From contig JAZRKN010000009.1 in NCBI GenBank assembly GCA_045646345.1, positions 19,599 through 83,598 of the forward strand: 64,000 nucleotides of DNA, read 5' to 3'. The notes under the pieces are model-generated. The model saw nothing but the letters and a program-made list of their open reading frames with translations. It did not search any database and was not told the origin of the DNA. Below are positions 28,180-37,746 of the stretch, in pieces (position 1 is the first letter of the stretch; every line of letters begins with the position of its first letter). The DNA comes from Candidatus Scatovivens sp. (GTDB lineage Bacteria > Bacillota > Clostridia > TANB77 > CAG-508). The position numbers and the translations under genes are program-made.

Positions 28180-28638
28180 ATGGCAAGAAAATCTATTATT
28201 TTTGTTCTAGCTATATTAATGCTTTCATTGTTTTCGAGTATTTGTTTTGCTGCTGATTCAGGAAACTCAATAAATTTGGGTAATGAAATAATGCAATCAA
28301 TAGATAAAACAGAAAATAGTATGAAGAATGTGGTTTCTGGAAATGCAGTAAGAGATGCAGGAAATATGATGAAAGATGGAGTGAATAGTGTAGGAAATGG
28401 AATAAATAATATGGGAAATTCTGTTAATAACGGTGTTAACCATATGGAAAATGGTATGAATGATGGAATGAATAGAATGGAAAACGGGGATGGTTATAAT
28501 GCTACGAGAACAACTGCAGAAGCAACAACAGTTAATAACACAATGACAACAACAACTTGGATGTGGATTATACTAGCTCTTGCTGCAACAATTATTTTTG
28601 TTGCAATTTGGTATTATGCTACACAAGATAACGGCTAG
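28180..28638 (+). CDS. Small secreted repeat protein with C-terminal TM anchor
   Basis: Signal peptide, G/N/M-rich heptad-like repeats (GNSVNNGVNHMENGMNDGMNRMENG), C-terminal TM. Confidence 0.45.
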   Translation: MARKSIIFVLAILMLSLFSSICFAADSGNSINLGNEIMQSIDKTENSMKNVVSGNAVRDAGNMMKDGVNSVGNGINNMGNSVNNGVNHMENGMNDGMNRMENGDGYNATRTTAEATTVNNTMTTTTWMWIILALAATIIFVAIWYYATQDNG

Positions 28639-28670
28639 AAAAAAACGGCTTTATAAAAGCCGTTTTTTTT
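28639..28670. terminator. Bidirectional rho-independent terminator
   Basis: aaaacggcttt / aaagccgtttt hairpin flanked by an A-run and a T-run, shared by convergent genes. Confidence 0.8.
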
Positions 28671-28683
28671 ATATATTTATAAA

Positions 28684-29028
28684 TTATTTTGATAATCTAA
28701 TTAAAAGAGCAATTGCAAATAAAATTAATAAAACTCCAATTGCGATCAAGATTATTGATAATATATTGTTTAATTGTAAGTTTGCTTGTTCATAACTATT
28801 TATATTTGAAACTTTTGTAACAGAAGATGTAGATAGCGCATCTAAAGTAGATGTACTTGGATTGTCTGGAGTTGGTATACTATTTTCTTCTGTAGTTTCG
28901 GTATTTTCTGAAATAGCATCTACTGTTTCTGGATTTTCTACATCAGAAGTAGCATGTACAAAGTTAAAATTTAAAGAAATTATTAACAATAAAAATAATA
29001 TTAAACAAAATTTTATAGTTCTAGACAT
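28684..29028 (-). CDS. Hypothetical secreted protein with C-terminal TM anchor
   Basis: Signal peptide (LILFLLLIISLNFNFVHA), T/S/E-rich region, C-terminal TM; convergent with the 28180 gene. Confidence 0.45.
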   Translation of the reverse strand: MSRTIKFCLILFLLLIISLNFNFVHATSDVENPETVDAISENTETTEENSIPTPDNPSTSTLDALSTSSVTKVSNINSYEQANLQLNNILSIILIAIGVLLILFAIALLIRLSK

Positions 29029-29260
29029 AATATCCTCCTAAATTGTACGATATAACTATAATATACAAAAATATAAAAAAAGTCTATAGATATTTATAAA
29101 ATATATTATTGTAATATTAAAAATATATGTTGAAAAAAATTTTTTTATATGTGATAATTTATGTGTATATTTATGTATTTTATATTTAAAAATATGTATA
29201 TACATATGAAAAAAGTTTATAATTTTTAATAAAAATATATATAAAGAGGAGGAACAAAAG

Positions 29261-30415
29261 ATGGCAGAAAGATTTATTCTAAATGAAACATCTTATTTTG
29301 GAAGAGGTTCAAGAGTTGAACTTGCAAATGAAATTAAAACAAGAGGATTTAATAAAGTATTAGTAGTAACAGATCAAACTTTATTAGATTGTGGAGTAGC
29401 TGGAAAAGTTATTTCAGTATTAGAAGAAGCTGGTATTGCATTTGATGTATATGCTGATGTAAAACCAAATCCAACAGTAAAAAATGTACAAGATGGTGTT
29501 AATAAATGTAGAGAAGTAGGTGCTGACGTAATCGTTACAATTGGTGGTGGTTCAGCTATGGATACTGCAAAAGGAATATCAATAATAATGACAAATCCAG
29601 ATAGATATGATGTTGTGTCATTAAATGGATTATCAAATACAGTAAACAAAGGAATGCCAGTTATAGCTTTACCTACAACACATGGAACTGCGGCAGAAGT
29701 AACAATCAATTATGTAATAACAGATGAAGAAAGACAAATAAAAATGGTTTGTGTAGATCCACATGATATACCAGTTTTAGCTATAGTAGATTCAGAATTA
29801 ATGGAAACACTTCCAAAAGGAACAGCAGCTGCTACAGGTTTAGATGCTTTAACACATGCGGTTGAAGGATATATAACTAAAGCTCACAATACAATGTCTG
29901 ATATGTTCCATATGAGAGCAATTGAATTAATATTTGAAAATTTACCAAAAGCAGTTAACGAAAAAGATTCAGCAGCTATTGAAAACATGGCTTTAGCTCA
30001 ATATATGGCTGGAATGGGATTCTCAAATGTAGGATTAGGAATTGTTCACTCAATGGCTCACCAATTAGGTGCTGTTTATGATACACCACATGGAATTGCT
30101 AACGCAATAATTCTTCCAACAGTAATGAGATTTAACGGAGAAGTATGTGCTGATAGATTTAGAGAAATTTTATGTCATATTGGAAGACCAGATGCAAAAG
30201 ATTTAAATGATCAAGATGTTATAAATACATTCGTATGGATGATACAAGAATTATCAAAATCAGTAGGAGTTACTCAAACTGTAAAAGATACTGGATGTAA
30301 AGAAGAAGATATAGAAATGCTTGCAGATAAAGCAATGGAAGATCCTTGTAAACCAGGAAATCCAAGAGAAGTAACTAAAGAAGATTTTATAAGATTATAT
30401 AGAGAAGCAATGTAA
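29261..30415 (+). CDS. Iron-containing (group III) alcohol dehydrogenase (1,3-propanediol / lactaldehyde / butanol dehydrogenase family)
   Basis: GGGSAMD NAD-binding motif and conserved His pairs for Fe binding (HAVEG, HSMAHQLG). Confidence 0.85.
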   Translation: MAERFILNETSYFGRGSRVELANEIKTRGFNKVLVVTDQTLLDCGVAGKVISVLEEAGIAFDVYADVKPNPTVKNVQDGVNKCREVGADVIVTIGGGSAMDTAKGISIIMTNPDRYDVVSLNGLSNTVNKGMPVIALPTTHGTAAEVTINYVITDEERQIKMVCVDPHDIPVLAIVDSELMETLPKGTAAATGLDALTHAVEGYITKAHNTMSDMFHMRAIELIFENLPKAVNEKDSAAIENMALAQYMAGMGFSNVGLGIVHSMAHQLGAVYDTPHGIANAIILPTVMRFNGEVCADRFREILCHIGRPDAKDLNDQDVINTFVWMIQELSKSVGVTQTVKDTGCKEEDIEMLADKAMEDPCKPGNPREVTKEDFIRLYREAM

Positions 30416-30420
30416 TAATA

Positions 30421-30461
30421 AAAAGAATCACCGCATATATAAATATGGGGTGATTCTTTTT
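30421..30461 (+). terminator. Rho-independent terminator after the adh gene
   Basis: aagaatcacc / ggtgattctt hairpin followed by TTTTT. Confidence 0.75.
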
Positions 30462-31374
30462 GATATATATAGAACTTGAAGATTATTTGGAAAATGATGA
30501 TGAAAGACGTGGATTTTTTTCTAAGAAAATACAGGCTATAAAAAATAAATTTTTAAAATTAAAAATTGAAAAATTTGAAGATATTGTCTTGATAAAAATT
30601 CCTAATACAGAAAAAAGTGTATTAGATAAGCTAGCTAAATATATAAAAATAAAATGTATTACAAGGGTTTGTTTGTCAAAAAAATTAATGAATAATTTTG
30701 AATTTATAAATTTTATAGAAAATCAAAAAGTGAAAATTTTTGATGGAAGATGGTTGTTTAAATATTTAATAAATGATTGTATTCAATATATTTGTTCATC
30801 CAAAAAAGAAAATATGCAATATCAAGAAATATCTTTTGTAATAAATAAGCTTGATAGAGTGGGCTTTTTTAATATATTAGAAATAGCTCCTAAAGTAAAA
30901 GTGTTAAATATAATAACGTCTAATGTGAAACAATTTAAAAGAATTGAAAATATATTATATGAAGAAAGTGGGATTGTTTTAAATATCAATAATAACTATT
31001 CAAAGAGTTTAATAAAAAGTGATATTATATTTAATTTTGATTTTTCTGAAGAAGAATTTAATAAATATGAGTTGCCAAGAAAAGCTTGTATAATAAATTT
31101 AAATCAAGAAATGAATATAAAATCTAAAAGTTTTGAGGGTATAAATTCTAATTTTTATGAGATTCAAATGCCGGTAAAGTATTTGAAAAATATATGTTTA
31201 AAAGATTTTTTCGATGAGATTTTATACGAAAGTTATATTTATAAAAATACTAATCCTGAAAATATAAAAAGGGAATTAAAACAAGATAATATTAGAATAA
31301 ATTTTCTTATAGGAAAGAATGAGCGAATAAGAAAAAATGAATATTTAAAATTATCAAAAAAAATGGTAAATTAG
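30460..31374 (+). CDS. Hypothetical protein (304 aa), start uncertain
   Basis: Long ORF with no recognised motif; the annotated TTG start lies inside the upstream terminator, so the real start is probably further downstream. Confidence 0.35.
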   Translation: MIYIELEDYLENDDERRGFFSKKIQAIKNKFLKLKIEKFEDIVLIKIPNTEKSVLDKLAKYIKIKCITRVCLSKKLMNNFEFINFIENQKVKIFDGRWLFKYLINDCIQYICSSKKENMQYQEISFVINKLDRVGFFNILEIAPKVKVLNIITSNVKQFKRIENILYEESGIVLNINNNYSKSLIKSDIIFNFDFSEEEFNKYELPRKACIINLNQEMNIKSKSFEGINSNFYEIQMPVKYLKNICLKDFFDEILYESYIYKNTNPENIKRELKQDNIRINFLIGKNERIRKNEYLKLSKKMVN

Positions 31375-31445
31375 CTTGACAAAACCTAAAATAAACCGTA
31401 TTATAATTTAAGTATAAAAGAAACAATTAAAGGAGGCCTTTTATA

Positions 31446-31922
31446 ATGGGAGAAAAAGAATATTTATTAACACAAGAAGGTTATGATAATTTAGAAAAAG
31501 AATTAGAAAGATTAAAAACAGTTGAAAGATATGAGATTGCTGAAAGAATAAAAGTAGCTTTAGGATTTGGAGATTTATCAGAAAACTCTGAATATGATGA
31601 AGCAAAAAATGCACAAGCAAATAATGAAATAAAAATAGCTGAATTAGAAGAAAAAATCAAATATGCTAAAATTATAGATGAATCTGAAATTGATACAGAA
31701 GTTGTTCAAGTAGGAAATATTGTTAAAGTTTTAGATATAGAATTTGATGAAACAGTAGAATATACAATTGTTGGTTCAACAGAAGTTGATGTTGTTGCAA
31801 ATAAAATATCAAATGAATCTCCAATCGGAATGGCTTTATTAGGTAAAAAAAGAAATAACGTTGTAGAAGTTCAAGCTCCTGTTGGAATAATTAAATTAAA
31901 AATATTATCAATAAAAAAATAG
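31446..31922 (+). CDS. greA: Transcription elongation factor GreA
   Basis: GreA coiled-coil N-domain ([17 protein letters not shown]...[13 protein letters not shown]) and FKBP-like C-domain. Confidence 0.9.
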   Translation: MGEKEYLLTQEGYDNLEKELERLKTVERYEIAERIKVALGFGDLSENSEYDEAKNAQANNEIKIAELEEKIKYAKIIDESEIDTEVVQVGNIVKVLDIEFDETVEYTIVGSTEVDVVANKISNESPIGMALLGKKRNNVVEVQAPVGIIKLKILSIKK

Positions 31923-31928
31923 AAAAAT

Positions 31929-31962
31929 AAAAAAAGATATATGCGTGCATATATCTTTTTTG
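31929..31962 (+). terminator. Rho-independent terminator after greA
   Basis: agatatatgc / gcatatatct hairpin followed by TTTTTT. Confidence 0.75.
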
Positions 31963-32098
31963 TTGTTTTATAAAGCTTTAAAATACTATAAATATCGAAA
32001 AACTATGTAGACAAATTATAAAAAATTAGATATTCTTAATGTGTATTAAAAGTCAAAAAAATATAAACAAATATAAATAAAAAGAAAGGGATGAAATT

Positions 32099-32539
32099 AT
32101 GAAAAGAATAAGAGTTGCAGGTTTAGTAGAAATGGAAAATGGATATGCACTTATGCATAGAATGAATGTAAAGAAAAAAGAAAATTCTAATGCACCATAT
32201 GGAGAGTATTATGTATTTCCTGGTGGAGGAATAGAAGGTGATGAAGCTTTCGAAGAAGGTGTTGCAAGAGAAGTTTTAGAAGAATTTGGAATAAATGTAG
32301 AAGTAAAAGAAAAACTATATTTTAGACAAATTGGTGAAGAATTAGATGAATATTTATATTTGTGCAAATATGTGAGTGGAACATTAGGAACTGGTACAGG
32401 GCCTGAATTTTCAGGGGATCCTAAATATGCTGATAGAGGACTTTATATTCCAACGATAGTTCCAAAAAATGAAATAAGAAACATAAGATTATTACCAGAA
32501 GAATTTAAAGAAAAATTAGTAAAAGATTTTAATTTATAA
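32099..32539 (+). CDS. NUDIX hydrolase
   Basis: NUDIX box GGGIEGDEAFEEGVAREVLEEFGI. Confidence 0.75.
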   Translation: MKRIRVAGLVEMENGYALMHRMNVKKKENSNAPYGEYYVFPGGGIEGDEAFEEGVAREVLEEFGINVEVKEKLYFRQIGEELDEYLYLCKYVSGTLGTGTGPEFSGDPKYADRGLYIPTIVPKNEIRNIRLLPEEFKEKLVKDFNL

Positions 32540-32553
32540 AAAGAGGTATTTAA

Positions 32554-33081
32554 ATGAAAGTATATATTGTAAGACATGGGCAAACCGATTCTAATTTAGC
32601 TAAAGTGTATAATTTTCAAGGTGAAGATATAAATAAAAATGGAATTGAGCAAGCAAAAATTTTAAGTGAAAAAATAAAAGATTTAAAATACGATGTGGTT
32701 TATTGTTCTCCATTTTTGAGAGCTAGACATACAGCAGAAATTATAAATAGAAACAACATTCAAACAATATATGATGAAAGAATTCAAGAAAGAAATCCAG
32801 GAAATCTAGAAGGAAAACCATGGGGGACTACAGATAGAAATGAATATTGGAATTATTATTCAAAGAATAAATTTGGAACTGAAGAATCAGTTGAGCATTT
32901 ATTTGAAAGAGTATATTCATTTTTAGAAGATTTGAAAAATAAAGATTATGAAAGTGTTTTAGTTGTTGCGCATAGCGGTGTATCTAAAGCTTTTTATGGT
33001 TATTTTAATGGTATTCCAGAAGATGGCAATTTTTTGGAATTAGGACTAAAAAATGGAGAGATTGCAGAATATAAATTTTAA
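32554..33081 (+). CDS. Histidine phosphatase (phosphoglycerate mutase-like) family protein
   Basis: RHGQT motif at the N-terminus; about 175 aa, typical of the small branch-1 histidine phosphatases. Confidence 0.7.
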   Translation: MKVYIVRHGQTDSNLAKVYNFQGEDINKNGIEQAKILSEKIKDLKYDVVYCSPFLRARHTAEIINRNNIQTIYDERIQERNPGNLEGKPWGTTDRNEYWNYYSKNKFGTEESVEHLFERVYSFLEDLKNKDYESVLVVAHSGVSKAFYGYFNGIPEDGNFLELGLKNGEIAEYKF

Positions 33082-33267
33082 TGTAAGAGGGTTTTACTTT
33101 TCATAAAATAAATAATAAAAAATTATGTTATCATAAGCGAAAAATGACGATTAAAAATATAAAAAATATGTAAAAAAATAGTGAAAAATAAAAACTTTTA
33201 TGATAGAATACAAAAAGTATAATTGTATACTTAATTAATAAAAATTAAATATAAAAGGAGAAGGATA

Positions 33268-33975
33268 ATGGTAGCCTATAAAAGAGTTCTATTAAAATTA
33301 AGCGGTGAAGCTTTATCTGGAAAAGAAGGTCATGGAATTGATCCAGAAGTAGTTGGTTCGATATGTGATAAAGTAAAAGAAATTGTAGATATGGGAGTTC
33401 AAGTATCAATTGTTGTCGGAGGAGGAAACTTCTGGAGAGGACTAAAAAATGGTAAAAAAATGAACGACAGAGCTACAGCTGATTACATGGGAATGCTAGC
33501 AACAGCTATGAATGGATTAGCACTTCAAGATGCTTTAGAGTACAGAGGTTTATACACAAGATTACAAACTGCAATTGAAATGAGAGAAATTGCAGAACCT
33601 TATATAAAAAGAAAGGCTGAAAAACATTTGGATAGAGGAAGAGTAGTAATATTCGCTTGTGGAACAGGTCATCCATTCTTCTCAACAGACACAGCAGCAG
33701 CTTTAAGAGCAGCTGAAACAGAATCAGAAGTAATATTACTTGCTAAAACAATAGACGGAGTATATTCTGCTGATCCTAAATTAGATCCAAATGCAGTAAA
33801 ATATGATGAAATTTCATATAAAGATGTTTTAGATCAAGACTTAAAAGTTATGGATTCAACAGCAACAGCTCTTTGCAAAGATAATAATATTCCATTATTA
33901 GTATTTGCAATAAGTGATCCAGAAAATATTGTAAGAGCTGTAAAAGGTGAAAATGTGGGTACAATAGTATCTTAA
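33268..33975 (+). CDS. pyrH: UMP kinase
   Basis: KLSGEAL and GGGNFWRG motifs. Confidence 0.95.
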   Translation: MVAYKRVLLKLSGEALSGKEGHGIDPEVVGSICDKVKEIVDMGVQVSIVVGGGNFWRGLKNGKKMNDRATADYMGMLATAMNGLALQDALEYRGLYTRLQTAIEMREIAEPYIKRKAEKHLDRGRVVIFACGTGHPFFSTDTAAALRAAETESEVILLAKTIDGVYSADPKLDPNAVKYDEISYKDVLDQDLKVMDSTATALCKDNNIPLLVFAISDPENIVRAVKGENVGTIVS

Positions 33976-33991
33976 AAAATAAAATATAAAA

Positions 33992-34558
33992 ATGAAAGGA
34001 AGTTTTAAAATGGATTTACAAGAATTAGAAGGAAGAATGATAAAATCAATAGATGTATTTAGTCAAAATTTATCAGAAATTAGAGCTGGAAGAGCAAACC
34101 CAGCAATATTAAACAAAATTAGTGTTGAATATTATGGAGTTCCAACTCCAATAAATCAAGTAGCTGGAATTTCAGTTCCAGAAGCTAGAACAATCGTTAT
34201 TCAACCATGGGATGCAAGTGTTTTAAAAGCAATTGAAAAAGCAATTTTAGCATCAGATATTGGATTGAACCCAAATAATGATGGAAAATTAATTAGATTA
34301 AATTTTCCTGAATTAACAGCTGATAGAAGAAAAGAATTAGCTAAAGATGTTAGAAAATTAGCTGAAGAAGCTAAAGTAAGTATTCGTGCTATAAGAAGAG
34401 ATGGTATGGATGTAATTAAAGATGAACTAAAAAAATCAGAAATAACAGAAGATGGAAAAGCTGATTTAGAAGATAAAATACAAAAATTAACAGATAAATA
34501 TGTTGCTGAAATTGATAAATTAACTGAAAACAAAGAAAAAGAAATAATGAGTATATAA
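33992..34558 (+). CDS. frr: Ribosome recycling factor
   Basis: RRF motifs (IRAGRANPAILNKI, VPEARTIVIQPWD); the true start is probably ATG at 34010 (MDLQEL...). Confidence 0.9.
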   Translation: MKGSFKMDLQELEGRMIKSIDVFSQNLSEIRAGRANPAILNKISVEYYGVPTPINQVAGISVPEARTIVIQPWDASVLKAIEKAILASDIGLNPNNDGKLIRLNFPELTADRRKELAKDVRKLAEEAKVSIRAIRRDGMDVIKDELKKSEITEDGKADLEDKIQKLTDKYVAEIDKLTENKEKEIMSI

Positions 34559-34569
34559 TTGGAGTAATT

Positions 34570-35277
34570 ATGGAAGAAAGAATAATGCCAAAACATATTG
34601 CCATCATAATGGATGGCAATAGAAGATGGGCTAAACAAAGAAGTTTACCAGTAAAATTGGGACATAAACAAGGTGCTGAAACTCTAAAAAAAGTAGTAAG
34701 ATATGCTAATGAAATTGGTATAAAATACGTTACAGTATATGCTTTTTCTACAGAAAATTGGAAAAGAAGCGAGGAAGAAGTTAGTGCATTAATGAATCTT
34801 TTAGAAACATATCTAGATGATTTTGCCAAAGAAGCTGATACAGAAAATATTGTAATTAGAGTTTTAGGAAATATGGCTCAATTGTCAGAATCTTTACAAG
34901 AAAGTATTAGAAAAACAATTGAGAGAACAGAAAATAATACAGGAACAATTTTTAATATAGCATTAAACTATGGTGGAAGAGATGAAATTACTAATGCAGC
35001 TAAGAGCTTAGCCAAAGATGTTAAAGAAGGAAATGTTGCATTAGAAGAAATTTCAGAAGAACTATTTGCTAAATATTTATATACAAAAAATGATCCTGAT
35101 CCGGATTTATTAATAAGAACAAGTGGAGAATTGAGATTAAGCGGATTCTTGCCTTGGCAATCTACATATTCAGAGTTCTTGTTTTTAGATAAACTATGGC
35201 CTGATTTTTCTAAAGAGGATTTAGATAATGCGATAGAAGTATTTTCAAAAAGAAATAGAAAATTTGGAGCTAAATAA
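34570..35277 (+). CDS. uppS: Di-trans,poly-cis-undecaprenyl-diphosphate synthase
   Basis: HIAIIMDGNRRWA and FSTENW motifs. Confidence 0.95.
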   Translation: MEERIMPKHIAIIMDGNRRWAKQRSLPVKLGHKQGAETLKKVVRYANEIGIKYVTVYAFSTENWKRSEEEVSALMNLLETYLDDFAKEADTENIVIRVLGNMAQLSESLQESIRKTIERTENNTGTIFNIALNYGGRDEITNAAKSLAKDVKEGNVALEEISEELFAKYLYTKNDPDPDLLIRTSGELRLSGFLPWQSTYSEFLFLDKLWPDFSKEDLDNAIEVFSKRNRKFGAK

Positions 35278-35297
35278 AATATATAACAAAGGATAGT

Positions 35298-36122
35298 GTG
35301 AGAAAAATGATGAAAAGAATTATTACAGCACTAATAGGTTTTCCTATTGTTGTTGCTGTACTTGCATTTGCTAACAAATATGTTGTTGATATAATAGTTG
35401 CAATTGTTGCATTAATATCAATGAACGAATATATTAAATGTGTCGCACATAAAGATGTTCATGTAATAAAATGGGTTAGTTATTTATCTGTTTTAGGAAT
35501 TGCATTAATACATGTGATACCACAAGCGTTATATTTGAATATTTTGATATTTGCAATGCCAGTATTACTTATGATTTTGTTTTTACATGTAATTGTAACT
35601 GATATGAAAATAACATTTCAAGATGTTGCTTATACATTAATAGGAATAATATATATATATTCATTTTTAGTATTTTTAGCAGCAATTTTCGGAATTGAAG
35701 GTTCAGTTTCAGGAAGATTATTAATATGGTATGTATTTTGTGCTGCATGGGGAACTGATACATTGGCATATTTTGCAGGAATGAAATTTGGAAAACATAA
35801 ATTTAGCAAAGTAAGTCCTAAAAAGTCAATAGAAGGCTGCGTTGCAGGAGTGATTGGATCACTAGTTTTATGTTTGATATATACTTTTGCAATAAATACA
35901 ATTTTTGGATTAACAATACCATATGTATGGGTTTCAATTATGAGTGTAATACTAAGTGTAATTGGTCAAGTAGGTGATTTTTCAGCATCAGTTATAAAAA
36001 GATATTTTGATGTTAAAGATTATAGCAATATCTTTCCAGGGCATGGTGGAATGCTAGACAGAATAGATAGCGCAATGTTTATATCACCATTTGCATATAT
36101 GTTTATTATGATAATATTATAG
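35298..36122 (+). CDS. cdsA: Phosphatidate cytidylyltransferase
   Basis: Polytopic membrane protein with CdsA C-terminal signature (FPGHGGMLDRIDS). Confidence 0.9.
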   Translation: MRKMMKRIITALIGFPIVVAVLAFANKYVVDIIVAIVALISMNEYIKCVAHKDVHVIKWVSYLSVLGIALIHVIPQALYLNILIFAMPVLLMILFLHVIVTDMKITFQDVAYTLIGIIYIYSFLVFLAAIFGIEGSVSGRLLIWYVFCAAWGTDTLAYFAGMKFGKHKFSKVSPKKSIEGCVAGVIGSLVLCLIYTFAINTIFGLTIPYVWVSIMSVILSVIGQVGDFSASVIKRYFDVKDYSNIFPGHGGMLDRIDSAMFISPFAYMFIMIIL

Positions 36123-36132
36123 GAGGAAGAAA

Positions 36133-37140
36133 TTGACATTTTTAATTAATGCTTTCAAAATAATATTTTTATTAGGTTTTTTAGTATTTATACATGAAGG
36201 TGGTCACTTTCTAGCTGCTAGATTATTTAAAGTAAAAGTAGAAGAATTTTCAATTGGTTTTGGACCAAAGATATTTACCAAAAAAGGGAAAGAAACACAA
36301 TATAGTATTGGTTGTATCCCTTTTGGTGGATATGTAAAGATGTTAGGAGAAGAAGAAAGAAGCGAAGAAGAAGGAGCTTTTAACAAAGCTAGTGTTTTTC
36401 ATAGAATAATAATTGTTGCTGCTGGAGCAATTGTAAATATTGTTTTTGCAGTAATAGTATTTTTCTTTCTATCAATTTTTTCAGGTTATAACATTTCGAC
36501 AACAATTAGTGAAATAATGCCGGAAGCAAGAGAAAATTTAGCAGATATTGAAATTGGTGATAAAATAATAAAAATAGATAATCAAAAAATAAGATTAAAA
36601 TCAGATATTTCAAATGCTTTGCTTGGTTCAGATGGATCTGAAGTTAAAGTGATTGTTGAAAGAGATGGAAAAGAATTAGAATTTGATGTAAAACCAATTG
36701 AATATGCAGAAAATACTTATATATTAGGGATTCAAGTTGCTTTATTAGATGCAACTTGGCAAGAAAAAATTTACTATGGATATTGGGAAACAGTAAATTT
36801 TGTTGAGTCAATGTTTAAAACAGTAAAATTATTATTTACAGGAAATATAAAAATAGATCAAATGACAGGACCTATTGGAATTTCAGAGATAGTAGTAAAA
36901 TCAAATGGAATATATAATTTTATATATTTACTTTGTTTAATTTCTTTATCACTAGGAGTAACCAATTTATTACCAATACCGGCGTTAGATGGAGGAAGAA
37001 TATTTTTACTAATTATTGAAGGAATTAGGGGAAAAGCACTAAAAGAAGAAATAGAATTAGGAATACAATCAGCTGGCTTTTTGCTATTAATTTTACTCTC
37101 ACTTTATGTGTCTTATAAAGATATTTTAAGAATTTTTTAA
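36133..37140 (+). CDS. rseP: Site-2 zinc metalloprotease RseP (S2P family)
   Basis: HEGGHFLAARLF HExxH motif, PDZ region, C-terminal LDGG motif; TTG start with an AGGAGGA RBS. Confidence 0.85.
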   Translation: MTFLINAFKIIFLLGFLVFIHEGGHFLAARLFKVKVEEFSIGFGPKIFTKKGKETQYSIGCIPFGGYVKMLGEEERSEEEGAFNKASVFHRIIIVAAGAIVNIVFAVIVFFFLSIFSGYNISTTISEIMPEARENLADIEIGDKIIKIDNQKIRLKSDISNALLGSDGSEVKVIVERDGKELEFDVKPIEYAENTYILGIQVALLDATWQEKIYYGYWETVNFVESMFKTVKLLFTGNIKIDQMTGPIGISEIVVKSNGIYNFIYLLCLISLSLGVTNLLPIPALDGGRIFLLIIEGIRGKALKEEIELGIQSAGFLLLILLSLYVSYKDILRIF

Positions 37141-37158
37141 AAGAAAGAGTGAAGAATT

Positions 37159-37731
37159 ATGAAATGTAGAATTTGTGGAGCAAAATTAAAAAAAGATGGA
37201 GATATATGTACAACATGTTACAAAGAATTCCAAGAAGAGGAAGATCTAAAAAAAGATACTAATGAAAGACTAAAAATTAAAAGAAAATATTCTATTAGTT
37301 ATGAAATCTCAAAATGTACAGAAATAATTATATTAGCAATACTTTCTATAATTTTATGTTTGTCAGCAGGAGGAATATTAGAAACATTAGGTGTTGTATT
37401 AATATTTGCTGCAATTATTGGAATTGTGCTTTTTATAGATAAAAGATTAGCAATGGCAACAAAAGCGGTTTTTTATGATAAGAAAACAGTATATACATTT
37501 AAATTTTTATTTTTTGATGTAACAAAAGTTGTAAAATATACGGATATTGCTGATGTTAGATATTTCCAAACACGTAGACAAAAGAAATATGGTTTTGGAG
37601 ATTTATGCGTATATGCAAAAGGAGTAATACCAGGAGCTGGCTTTTTAAATGGATATCAGATTAAAAATATTGAAAATGTAGAAGAAGTATTAAGTCAAAT
37701 TGGTGAAATTGTAGGACCAATCGAGGAATAA
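37159..37731 (+). CDS. Hypothetical membrane protein with N-terminal zinc-ribbon (CxxC...CxxC)
   Basis: MKCRICGAKL...DICTTCY followed by two TM helices; sits where dxr/ispG usually lie. Confidence 0.5.
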   Translation: MKCRICGAKLKKDGDICTTCYKEFQEEEDLKKDTNERLKIKRKYSISYEISKCTEIIILAILSIILCLSAGGILETLGVVLIFAAIIGIVLFIDKRLAMATKAVFYDKKTVYTFKFLFFDVTKVVKYTDIADVRYFQTRRQKKYGFGDLCVYAKGVIPGAGFLNGYQIKNIENVEEVLSQIGEIVGPIEE

Positions 37732-37746
37732 TGAGAAGAGGAAAAT

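Noticed and set aside
28580-28795. 71-aa plus-strand ORF spanning the bidirectional terminator
   Set aside because: It crosses the strong terminator hairpin and overlaps the convergent gene, so it is unlikely to be translated.
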